Below, piece after piece: positions 7,496 through 16,172 of a stretch of DNA of 64,000 nucleotides (within the stretch, counting starts at the first letter, position 1; each line of letters starts with the position of its first letter). Below the pieces are notes generated by a model. That model saw only the letters and a program-made list of their open reading frames with translations. It did not search any database and had not been told where the DNA came from. Both the position numbers and the translations under genes were made by a program. The DNA comes from Thermoplasmata archaeon. Lineage in GTDB: Archaea; Thermoplasmatota; Thermoplasmata; RBG-16-68-12; JAGMCJ01. The stretch lies in contig JAGLRN010000017.1 in the NCBI GenBank assembly GCA_023136265.1, positions 7,509 through 71,508 on the forward strand. Reading direction: 5' to 3'.

Positions 7496-7912
7496 ATGAA
7501 CGCAAGAATAATGGCGGCCTTTGTGGTAATCGCCCTGTTGGGAACAGTAGGGACGGCCTTTGCGCTCGATACCGCTTCGGTCACGAAGAGCAATGCAGAC
7601 GACCAGATGTCAGACACGGGGGAGCAGAACGCCTACACGAACGGCCACGAGTGGAAACACCAATACAAGCCGCAGTGCCAGCACAACGAGGACGGTGCCC
7701 AAGAATCGCAGAACCAGGACATGAGCCAGAACAGGTACCAGTACCAGTACAAGTACAACGAGACGTGCGACAACGACGGAAACCAGTTCAAGCATCAGTA
7801 TAAGAACGAGGGGGAGAATCCGAACGATCCGGACTGCGACCAGAGTCAGGATAGGTTCAGGCACCGCGATCAGGACCACGAGAGGCCAGGGCCAGGGCCT
7901 GATGGGCCGTAG
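7496..7912 (+). CDS. Secreted low-complexity Q/N/D/Y-rich small protein
   Basis: Signal peptide MNARIMAAFVVIALLGTVGTAFA. Repeated HQYK/YQYQYKY motifs, 4 Cys. Followed by a hairpin plus T-run. Confidence 0.5.
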   Translation: MNARIMAAFVVIALLGTVGTAFALDTASVTKSNADDQMSDTGEQNAYTNGHEWKHQYKPQCQHNEDGAQESQNQDMSQNRYQYQYKYNETCDNDGNQFKHQYKNEGENPNDPDCDQSQDRFRHRDQDHERPGPGPDGP

Positions 7913-7940
7913 AACAACGCAAGCTCACCCACTCTAGAAG

Positions 7941-7970
7941 GGGACGCAAGTCCCCACCTTTCCCTTTTTT
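7941..7970 (+). terminator. Hairpin ggggacgcaagtcccc followed by a T-rich tract (cccttttttcg)
   Basis: Perfect 6-bp stem with a 4-nt loop, then an oligo-T run downstream of the 7496-7912 CDS. Archaeal termination typically uses oligo-T. Confidence 0.5.
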
Positions 7971-8059
7971 CGACCTGGATTGCGAAGTCCACAACGGTCC
8001 AGGGGAAAACATTAATACTCAGCCAGGCTCATATAGTTAGAAAGCAGGGGGAGGGGAAC

Positions 8060-10432
8060 GTGCGTATTCCTTTGTATGAGAAAATCTTCGTTACAGCAAT
8101 AGGGGCTTTGTTCCTGACAGGGAGTCTGCTTGCATGTGTGGGAAACATCGCCGATAATAGCGCGGATGATGGAGTCATCATCCAGTCGGGTAGCTATGAA
8201 GGCATTCCATCAGCCGATCCCAATGATGGAAAGTTTGTCTTGATAGCGTCAGCCGTGCATGAAACAATTGAGTCAAAGGTCGTGGCCTATATCGGCATTC
8301 CCGCGAACGAGTCGACGTTCGAGGTGGGTATATTCGACGGCGATGTTGGGCAACATTGGGATTATGTTGGTGACTTGCCAACAAGCTTCACCCTTTACAT
8401 GGACCCGTTGAAGAATGGAACGACCGCCTTATTCGTCGAGAGTTGGAGTAGCAATAGCGGTGTTCTGCCAGATGATGATTGGTACACCGAGTCTTTCTCG
8501 GTCTCTCCCGACGCTCAGGCTCCCAGCGGGAACTACTTCTACAGGCTCGTTGCTGAGTGGGAAGGCGGGACGCCTTCAAGTGGGCTGAACGACTTCAAGG
8601 TCAGGACGACCGGTCAGATTAGCCTTGCAGCTGGTCACGAGTTCGGATTTGCTGGCGGTCCTCAGGCTGGTATCGATCCGGAGTTTGGAACATCGGACAA
8701 CACCTACGACGGCGAATGGTGCTACAACTTTTACGTTCCAATAGCGAAATCCAGAGTTTTCTTCCTCGACGGTGACGCTGACCACATTTACGATACCGAC
8801 GATCCCAACACTCCCAACACTCCCCCTTATGATGAAGGGCAGAATTGGGGGAAGCCTAAGGACGACAATCCGGATCAGAAGTATCGAATCAGTCCGAACA
8901 TACACGTTGTTGTCACAGATCCAGACGGCAACACTTACTTGAACTCCAACCCCTCCGGCAACCAGGAATGGGAAATCTTCAGCATAGGAGACCTCCCCGA
9001 TGATGACTACAGTGTCAACTACTCTTTGTCTCCTGGCCTCTGGAAGTATGAGGTCAAAGGGATGGATGCTCACAACGCCAATTTCCTGGAAACGACATAC
9101 GAGGTCTTCGTATGCGGTTCAACGCCTCCACTTCCTGTGAATCCTCCACCTGAGGTAGAGCCAGACCACGACGAAGACGTGCCTGGAGGCGCAACCTACC
9201 ATTACCCGCACACAGTTACTAACAGGGGTGTCACTCAGGCCTACGACCTCACGGGTGAATCTACTCTCGGATGGTTTGCTGGGATATATGAAGATTCCAA
9301 CGCAAATGGCGTCTACGACGCAGGTGAGCCCGAGGTCGGCATAACACCAGATTTGGACACAAACGGAACCTACTACGTCCTAGTTGCCGTGGACGTTCCT
9401 GGGGGTCCGCCGGGAACCACCGATACGATCTCACTTACGGCGTCTTCTAGAATAGAATGGGCTGTTCAGGACTCAGCCGGCGATGAGATAAGGATAAATC
9501 AACCGCCTGATCCGCATGCAGGAGGTCCCTACCTTGCGGACGAGGGCGATACGGTGACCTTCGACGCTAGTGGCTCGAATGATTCAGACGGAGATCCCCT
9601 GCAATACATGTGGGACATCGATGATGATGGGGTTTTCGAGACCAACTACTCGAGCAGTCCAACATACAGCCATGTATTCGGCGATGACTACAATGGTACA
9701 GCTAGATTGAGGGTAACTGATGGCACCTATGAGGTAGAAGCGTTGTCGAATGTGACGATAGTGAACGTCGCCCCGTCTGTGCTGGGCTACCTCGACTCGC
9801 GCATCCTTACCGGAATCACCTTCCGGATCGCAGGGGAGAAGTGGCACGACGTCGAGTTCTTCCTTTACGAGGACGGAACCGAGGTCGCGTACGCACAAGT
9901 CGTACGTTATCCAGGCAGTCCGGACGATCAGGCCGTCACCTTGTCCGGTCTCAACATATCCCTATCCAGCGAGTACTCCGTCCTCGCACTATACACGCCC
10001 ATGGACGATCCCATAAACGGACAGATATGGGGCTCCACTCCCGCTTGGGTAATCCTGGACTTCGATGACGGTAACGACACGAGGATACATCACACGTTCA
10101 ACGTCATGCACAACGAGACTTGGACGTGGGAGATAGAGAGGTTGAACGAGTACTTCGGGGGTCACAACCTCACGTTCCACGCATCCGCGTATGACCCAGG
10201 AAGCGATGACCTCACCTTCACGTGGGACTGGGACGACAACAGCACAGAGACGCGAACCTACTTCAACAACGGAATTGGTCCTGATCCGTATCCGTCCTCG
10301 GATGTGAATCCAGCCTCAGTAGATGATGTCGCGACTCACTCATTCCCGGGCGGAGGCACGTATGTAGTCACTCTCACAGTGGCCGACGATGATGGTGGCT
10401 CCACTGTCATCACATTTACTGTTAGCATCTGA
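8060..10432 (+). CDS. Large secreted PKD-domain protein, paralog 1 of 3
   Basis: GTG start after gggggagggg SD. Signal peptide with LLAC (possible lipobox). PKD-like segments YMWDIDDDGVFE...VTDG and FTWDWDDNS...TVADDDGGSTV. Long blocks homologous to the proteins at 35631-37624 and 42503-44803. Confidence 0.8.
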   Translation: MRIPLYEKIFVTAIGALFLTGSLLACVGNIADNSADDGVIIQSGSYEGIPSADPNDGKFVLIASAVHETIESKVVAYIGIPANESTFEVGIFDGDVGQHWDYVGDLPTSFTLYMDPLKNGTTALFVESWSSNSGVLPDDDWYTESFSVSPDAQAPSGNYFYRLVAEWEGGTPSSGLNDFKVRTTGQISLAAGHEFGFAGGPQAGIDPEFGTSDNTYDGEWCYNFYVPIAKSRVFFLDGDADHIYDTDDPNTPNTPPYDEGQNWGKPKDDNPDQKYRISPNIHVVVTDPDGNTYLNSNPSGNQEWEIFSIGDLPDDDYSVNYSLSPGLWKYEVKGMDAHNANFLETTYEVFVCGSTPPLPVNPPPEVEPDHDEDVPGGATYHYPHTVTNRGVTQAYDLTGESTLGWFAGIYEDSNANGVYDAGEPEVGITPDLDTNGTYYVLVAVDVPGGPPGTTDTISLTASSRIEWAVQDSAGDEIRINQPPDPHAGGPYLADEGDTVTFDASGSNDSDGDPLQYMWDIDDDGVFETNYSSSPTYSHVFGDDYNGTARLRVTDGTYEVEALSNVTIVNVAPSVLGYLDSRILTGITFRIAGEKWHDVEFFLYEDGTEVAYAQVVRYPGSPDDQAVTLSGLNISLSSEYSVLALYTPMDDPINGQIWGSTPAWVILDFDDGNDTRIHHTFNVMHNETWTWEIERLNEYFGGHNLTFHASAYDPGSDDLTFTWDWDDNSTETRTYFNNGIGPDPYPSSDVNPASVDDVATHSFPGGGTYVVTLTVADDDGGSTVITFTVSI

Positions 10433-10440
10433 TGTGGCGA

Positions 10441-11289
10441 TTACTTCCGGAAAATCAGCGTGGGCCTGATCGAGTGATGCATCACCTTGGAGGCCACCTC
10501 CCCTAGAAGCATGTCTGCAACGGCCGATGTCCCCCGGTAGCCCATCACGATCAGATCGAAGTCCTGCTTCCTCGCCTCGGCCAGTATCTCTTCGGCGGGC
10601 TTGCCGATTCTGACCATTTCTCCAGCGGCCACCCCGTGTTCCTTGAGTATCTCGACCCCCGCATGCGCGAACTCCCAGGCTTGGTTCACGGCTTCGCTCG
10701 ACTTCCACGGCGAGATGGAGAGTATGGTCACTTCCGCCCCCGCCGCCTTCGCTATGCTCGCCGAATACCTGATGGCCCTGAACGAGCATTTCGACCCCGC
10801 GGTGCACATCAGAATGTTGGCGACATCTCTCATCCTCTTGACGACGATGATGGGCTTCTTCGTATGATGGACTATCTGCGATGAGATGCCTCCGAGCAGG
10901 AACTCCATCACCGCCGAAGCGCCGTGGGAGCCGACAACGAGGAGGTCGTACTCCTCCTCGTGGAGTTCTCTGAGTATCTCTGCCGAGGCGGAGGTCCCCT
11001 CCCGGATTTTGACGCCGATGTCCATCTTCCATTTCTTTCGGTACTTCGAGATTTCTGTGTCCATTCTGTGCAGTTGCCTGTCGACCTCTCTCTTGGTCTT
11101 GGTGACTATGGCGCCCCAGCCCGGGTAGACAAGGGCGTCCTCCACAACGTGGATGACCTCGACCTTCGCCCCTAGGACGCGTGCGAGGTTAATCCCATAA
11201 TGGAGCGCGTTGTTCCCTTCTATGTTCTCATCAACAGCCACCAACATTCTCTCGATCTCATCTGTCATTTCTTCACCCTGCCCATCCAA
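10441..11289 (-). CDS. Universal stress protein, tandem UspA domains
   Basis: Two USP repeats, each ending in a VVGSHG...G(S)V-type motif (VVGSHGASAVMEFLLGGISSQIVHH and VMGYRGTSAVADMLLGEVASKVMHH). Confidence 0.8.
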   Translation of the reverse strand: MDGQGEEMTDEIERMLVAVDENIEGNNALHYGINLARVLGAKVEVIHVVEDALVYPGWGAIVTKTKREVDRQLHRMDTEISKYRKKWKMDIGVKIREGTSASAEILRELHEEEYDLLVVGSHGASAVMEFLLGGISSQIVHHTKKPIIVVKRMRDVANILMCTAGSKCSFRAIRYSASIAKAAGAEVTILSISPWKSSEAVNQAWEFAHAGVEILKEHGVAAGEMVRIGKPAEEILAEARKQDFDLIVMGYRGTSAVADMLLGEVASKVMHHSIRPTLIFRK

Positions 11290-12223
11290 ATGCCACCTTT
11301 GCGAGCGTCACGATTCCCAGGGCGCAGATGGCAATGCCAACCATGACCCTCAGGTTCCTTGCATGGATCTTCTTCACCGTGAATGCGGCTGCGGGTACGG
11401 AGACCAATCCACCAAGAAGGAGCCATGGTACCAGTCCCCATTGTGCAGCGGGTACAAAGAGGAAGAAAAGAACCGCCCCGACAGCAGAGGTCAGCCCCTC
11501 CGCCACGGAGGCTATGCCAATCGCGCTTTTGCTGTGGACACCCGACAGGATCTGCCCGCCCGTCGCGATCGGACCGTAGCCACCGCCGCTCAGACCCTTG
11601 TTGAAAGCCGCGAAAAGGCCGAGCCCCATGATCTTCTTCATGGTCAGGACGAACGTCCTCTCGAATGTGAGGAGAATGACGGCGCCGATACAGAGAACAA
11701 GGATTCCGATGTAGAGCTGGATGTACAGCTCGGGAACGCTGACGAAGGCGACCACCGAGATTGTCACACCGATGATGCTGAACAAGGTGAGGATGCCTGT
11801 AATCCTCAAATCTCTTGAACCGACGCTAAGGTCCACATTCCCGAAGTACTGATGGAACAACCCCCCCACCATCCCAGTTATGAATTGGCTGAGCAGGAGG
11901 GCGGGGACTATCTCGAACAGGCCGAAGCCGATGACCAACAGGAGTGGAGTGAGGCTGGTCCCGTAGCCCATGCCGAGAGACGCGTCCGTGTACTGGAATA
12001 CGAACGCCAGTATGGTTATGAGAACGATTGTCTCCAGTTCCAGGTCCACAGATTCCTCTCCATCATACGTGCGGTCGTCCCATCGATTCGTATCAGCCCT
12101 TCGTTCGGGGAAACACAGTGCAGATGGAACACCCCGATTTAATATGTATCTCTTTGAGTTGGCCGACTGACCTCTCACTGTCCTTCCCCCCTCCATGAAT
12201 GCTCTTAAATAACGACCGCGCAA
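11273..12223 (-). CDS. TauE/SafE (DUF81) family sulfite/anion exporter-like permease
   Basis: Multi-TM protein with GMGYGTSLTPLLLV and GGGYGPIATGG motifs typical of TauE/SafE. Confidence 0.7.
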   Translation of the reverse strand: MRGRYLRAFMEGGRTVRGQSANSKRYILNRGVPSALCFPERRADTNRWDDRTYDGEESVDLELETIVLITILAFVFQYTDASLGMGYGTSLTPLLLVIGFGLFEIVPALLLSQFITGMVGGLFHQYFGNVDLSVGSRDLRITGILTLFSIIGVTISVVAFVSVPELYIQLYIGILVLCIGAVILLTFERTFVLTMKKIMGLGLFAAFNKGLSGGGYGPIATGGQILSGVHSKSAIGIASVAEGLTSAVGAVLFFLFVPAAQWGLVPWLLLGGLVSVPAAAFTVKKIHARNLRVMVGIAICALGIVTLAKVAFGWAG

Positions 12224-12292
12224 TCGCTTGGCCGAGGGAGAGGAACGCCGGAGGACATAGTCGAAATCAACCCCTGCACCGAAGACGGATTC

Positions 12293-13201
12293 GTGACTCT
12301 CGAAGCTAGATTCGACCTGAGCAAGATATCAGGATGCACATTCGGCGAGTACATCGACCCGAAACAGATGTGCCATCTGATGCGTACGATTGAGTTCTTC
12401 GACCGCTTCACGTGCTCAGATGAGATGGGCTATGCCTACGGGGAATCCGGCGGCAGACGCATCCACGCCTTTCAGGGCGGGAAGATAATCGTGCGCAGAG
12501 CAGAGGATGAGGCGGACGCTCGACGGATTCTCAGAGCACTCGCGCGGGTTATGTGGGGGTCCGTGAAGTGCGATTGCGAGCACGCGATGGTCCACTGTCT
12601 CTCTGGTGCGTGCGATGACTGCCTGGATGATGTGTGCGGTTGTCAGCTCGAACCGCCTATGGAAAGCGGGAAGTCGAAAGGACGGCTCAGGGGATGGGAG
12701 GTTCTGGACTTCGCTCAATCGCTGGAACACGGCGACAAGTACCGCTCCGCCACTCACAATCTGAGACAGGCGGGGGGGAAGCTGGCAGAGCTCACCGAAA
12801 TGCTCTCCCGCGGGAAGGGCGGCCTGGCGAGGCTGGAGAACGAGGTCAGGGCTCACTGCGTCGAGGCCGGAAGGCTGGCAACATCCTTCATCATCGAGAC
12901 CGACAACGGCTTTCATGCAGGCTTGGGCTTCCTCCTCCACGGGGTAGCTCTCAACATACTCACTGGCCTAGAGGCGCTCATCGACCTGAGCGGGAAGAAT
13001 GGCCAGGAGACCCTCACGGGCATTCCCGAGTTCGTCTCCGCTTGTCTCACGACCTTCTTCGAATCCGAGCACGAGAACCTCGAGAGGCTCAAGCATGAGC
13101 GCGAGAAGATTCTGAGCGGCGTCTCTGATGAGGACGTGATCATGATCATGAACGCCGGCTACCACACGGCGAGGATCCTGGGAAAGAGCTTTCCCAAGTG
13201 A
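12293..13201 (+). CDS. Hypothetical Cys-rich protein (CDCEH...HCLSGACDDCLDDVCGC)
   Basis: GTG start with no upstream ATG in frame. Coding-like GC3. No family recognised. It sits between a TauE exporter and cysteine desulfurase. Confidence 0.5.
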   Translation: MTLEARFDLSKISGCTFGEYIDPKQMCHLMRTIEFFDRFTCSDEMGYAYGESGGRRIHAFQGGKIIVRRAEDEADARRILRALARVMWGSVKCDCEHAMVHCLSGACDDCLDDVCGCQLEPPMESGKSKGRLRGWEVLDFAQSLEHGDKYRSATHNLRQAGGKLAELTEMLSRGKGGLARLENEVRAHCVEAGRLATSFIIETDNGFHAGLGFLLHGVALNILTGLEALIDLSGKNGQETLTGIPEFVSACLTTFFESEHENLERLKHEREKILSGVSDEDVIMIMNAGYHTARILGKSFPK

Positions 13202-13245
13202 TAAATATCCCAGCGGTCGTTCCTGAACCTTGGCGGAGGTGTTGA

Positions 13246-14418
13246 ATGAGGCGAGTCTATCTGGATTATGCTGCCGCGTCTCCCGTCGATCCTCGCGTGA
13301 TGGAGGAGATGCTTCCCTACTTCACTGACAAATACGGTAATCCTTCCAGCGTCTACTCCCTCGGGTTCGAGGCGAACACGGCCGTCGAGGAGGCGCGCGA
13401 GCGGGTTGCGAAGTTAATCGGAGGAGAGCCAAAGGAGATCATCTTCACATCCTGTGGCACGGAGTCCATCAATCTCGCGATTAAGGGCCTGGTCCACAGG
13501 AGTAAGGACAAGGGGAACCACATCATAACCTCGACCGTCGAGCACCCATCCGTGCTCTCAGCGGTCGATGAGCTGGAAAGGGGCGGCTTCTCCGTCACCC
13601 GCCTGCCCGTGGACGGAGGGGGTCTCGTGGACGTCGAGAGCGTCACAGCGGCGATAACGGAGAAGACCATACTCATCTCAGTGATGTACGCGAACAACGA
13701 GGTGGGGTCCATCCAGCCGATCAAGGAGATTGGAGAGATTGCCAAGGACAGAGGGATTCCGTTCCACACGGATGCGGTCGCTGCGGCGGGGAAGATACAC
13801 ATCAGCGTGTCCGAGGACAACATCGACCTACTCTCCCTGGCATCGCAGGATATGTACGGGCCGAAGGGCGCCGCGGCTCTCTACCTGAGGAAGGGGACAT
13901 CCATCTCTCCGATTCTGCACGGCGGTCGCCAGGAGAGAAAGCTGCGACCCGGGACGGAGAGCGTCCCCCTCATCGTGGGCATGGGAAAGGCCGCCGACAT
14001 TGCGGCGCAGGAGATGGAAGCCGAATCGGAAACGCTGAGCAAGATGAGGGACAAGCTGGTGAGGGGATTGACAACGAGTGTGAAGGAGTGCTACCTCAAC
14101 GGGAACCTTGAGAGGAGGCTTCCGAACAACGCGAACGTTCGATTCAGCTACATCGAAGGGGAGTCCATCATCCTAAACCTGGACATGAAGGGGATTCAGG
14201 CCGCAACGGGCTCCGCGTGCACATCCGAGACGCTCGAGTCATCACACGTCCTCACCGCGATGGGGATCCCGCCAGAACACGCGCACGGGTCGATTGCGTT
14301 CACTCTGGGCAGATGGACGAAGGGGGATGACATCGACTACGTGATCGAGACGCTCCCGCCAATTGTGAAGGAACTGAGGTCAATCTCCCCGATGGTTCCC
14401 GAAGGCTGGACGGACTAG
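13246..14418 (+). CDS. iscS: Cysteine desulfurase (class V aminotransferase, NifS/IscS group I)
   Basis: N-terminus MRRVYLDYAAASPVDPRVMEEM, PLP region, and ATGSACTSE active-site Cys motif. Confidence 0.85.
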   Translation: MRRVYLDYAAASPVDPRVMEEMLPYFTDKYGNPSSVYSLGFEANTAVEEARERVAKLIGGEPKEIIFTSCGTESINLAIKGLVHRSKDKGNHIITSTVEHPSVLSAVDELERGGFSVTRLPVDGGGLVDVESVTAAITEKTILISVMYANNEVGSIQPIKEIGEIAKDRGIPFHTDAVAAAGKIHISVSEDNIDLLSLASQDMYGPKGAAALYLRKGTSISPILHGGRQERKLRPGTESVPLIVGMGKAADIAAQEMEAESETLSKMRDKLVRGLTTSVKECYLNGNLERRLPNNANVRFSYIEGESIILNLDMKGIQAATGSACTSETLESSHVLTAMGIPPEHAHGSIAFTLGRWTKGDDIDYVIETLPPIVKELRSISPMVPEGWTD

Positions 14419-15557
14419 CGTTTACCGCCAGAAATCGCCCGCTCAAGATCCTCGATGATGTCCTCGGAGTTCTCGATCCCGATCGACAGGCGGATCAGGT
14501 TGTCAGGGATTCCGGATTCTCTTCTCTCCTTCGCGCCGATGTACTTATGCGAGGTCTCTAGCGGGAGGGATGCGAGACTCTCCACTCCTCCCAAGCTCGA
14601 GGCCAGTTTTATAAGTTCGAACCTTCTGGAAACCCGCCTTGCGTCTTTCGCGGCCCGCCCGACCTCGAAGCTGACCATCCCGCCAAAGCCCTTCATCTGT
14701 CTCTTTGCCAGCGCGTGATGCCCGAAGGACGTGAGGCCAGGATAGTGGACTTTCCCGATGTGCTTCAGATTCTCTAGGGCTTCCGCCACGGCCATCCCGT
14801 TCCCGTTGTGGACCCTCATCCTCAGGTCCAGGGTCTTCATCCCTCTTGTGATGAGGAAGGCGGCCAGCGGGTCGGTCGACCCGCCAAAGAGCCTCCTTCT
14901 CTGCTCGATCTTCTCAATCCACTCCTCCGAGGACACGGCAAACCCCGCGACGACGTCACTGTGTCCGTTGAGGTACTTGGATGCGCTGTGAACGATTATG
15001 TCCGCACCGAGTTCCAGGGGTCTCTGGTTGATCGGCGTGGCGAACGTGTTGTCCACAACGAGCATGGCAGAGTTCTGGTGGGCCATCTCGGCAATCTTCT
15101 TCACGTCGAGGATCCTCAGTAGCGGGTTCGTCGGAGTCTCGATGAGGATGGCCCTCGTCTCAGGGTTGAGAGCGTCTTCAAGCGCAGAGAGATCCTCACA
15201 ATCCACGAGGCTCACCGCGATCCCGTGGCGGGGGAGCTCCTTGTCCAAGAGGACACGGGTCCCTCCATACAGGTCCGGGATCGAGACGAGGTGGTCCCCC
15301 TTCTCGAGAACGGAGAGAAGCGTGGCGGTTATGGCCGCCATGCCCGATGAGAAGACGAGACATCCGTCCCCGCCCTCGAGCGCAGCGAGCTTGCTCTCCG
15401 CGGCCTCGATAGTGGGATTGGACAGCCTCGTGTAGACGTATTCCTTCTGCCATTCGGGGTAGTAGAACGTGGACGTCTGGTATATCGGCGTGACAAGAGA
15501 CCCAGTCGCCTCCTTCGTCTCCCCCGCGTGCACACAAATCGTGGATCGACCTGACAT
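14415..15557 (-). CDS. PLP-dependent Cys/Met metabolism enzyme (cystathionine gamma-synthase/beta-lyase or O-acetylhomoserine sulfhydrylase family)
   Basis: SASKYLNGHSDVVAG (PLP-binding Lys) and N-terminus STICVHAGETKEATGSLVTPIYQTSTF. Confidence 0.8.
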   Translation of the reverse strand: MSGRSTICVHAGETKEATGSLVTPIYQTSTFYYPEWQKEYVYTRLSNPTIEAAESKLAALEGGDGCLVFSSGMAAITATLLSVLEKGDHLVSIPDLYGGTRVLLDKELPRHGIAVSLVDCEDLSALEDALNPETRAILIETPTNPLLRILDVKKIAEMAHQNSAMLVVDNTFATPINQRPLELGADIIVHSASKYLNGHSDVVAGFAVSSEEWIEKIEQRRRLFGGSTDPLAAFLITRGMKTLDLRMRVHNGNGMAVAEALENLKHIGKVHYPGLTSFGHHALAKRQMKGFGGMVSFEVGRAAKDARRVSRRFELIKLASSLGGVESLASLPLETSHKYIGAKERRESGIPDNLIRLSIGIENSEDIIEDLERAISGGKR

Positions 15558-15604
15558 AGTATCCCACGGACTCGAATGGGATGACGATAGAAAAACCTAG
15601 TGAA

Positions 15605-16069
15605 TCAGTCTAGGGCGCCCTCCAGCCTGAGGAGGAACCTCTTCAACCTCACTCCACCGCCGAAGTGGCCGATCGAACCGTCGCTCCTGATCACCCTGTG
15701 GCAGGGGATGACGATGGGCGTGCGGTTGTTCCCGACAGCATTCCCGACGGCTCTGTATGCCCTCGGTCTGCCCACCGCCTCAGCCACCTGCTTGTAGCTT
15801 CTCATCTCACCCGAAGGGATGCCCGCCACGGCCTCGAGCACATCTCTCTGGAACTCGGTGTAGCCGGAAAGATCCAGCTTCAGCCTGCCGAAATCGACGG
15901 AATCGCCGTTGAAGTAGTCCTTGAGAAGCCCCTTGGTCTCCTCCAGCAGCTCCGAGCTGGCTCCCTCGGCTAGAGGATCTCCGTCAAGCAGTATCTCGTA
16001 GAGGCCGTCATCGCTCTCGAAGATCTGGAGGCAACCGTTGGAAGTGAAGAACAGCTTCGTCTTCATCAT
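15605..16069 (-). CDS. ogt: O6-methylguanine-DNA methyltransferase (Ogt/MGMT)
   Basis: YRAVGNAVGNNRTPIVIPCHRVI with a canonical PCHRV Cys. The track ORF is extended to 16189; MMKTKLFF (ATG 16069/16066) is the likely start. Confidence 0.8.
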   Translation of the reverse strand: MMKTKLFFTSNGCLQIFESDDGLYEILLDGDPLAEGASSELLEETKGLLKDYFNGDSVDFGRLKLDLSGYTEFQRDVLEAVAGIPSGEMRSYKQVAEAVGRPRAYRAVGNAVGNNRTPIVIPCHRVIRSDGSIGHFGGGVRLKRFLLRLEGALD

Positions 16070-16172
16070 CAATGTCAACGCGGGGCCATACATAAGGAAT
16101 TCGCCACCGCCAGCCCGCAAAGACCAAAATTGTTTAAACGGGGAACGTCTATCAATGTAAGCCACCAGGACG

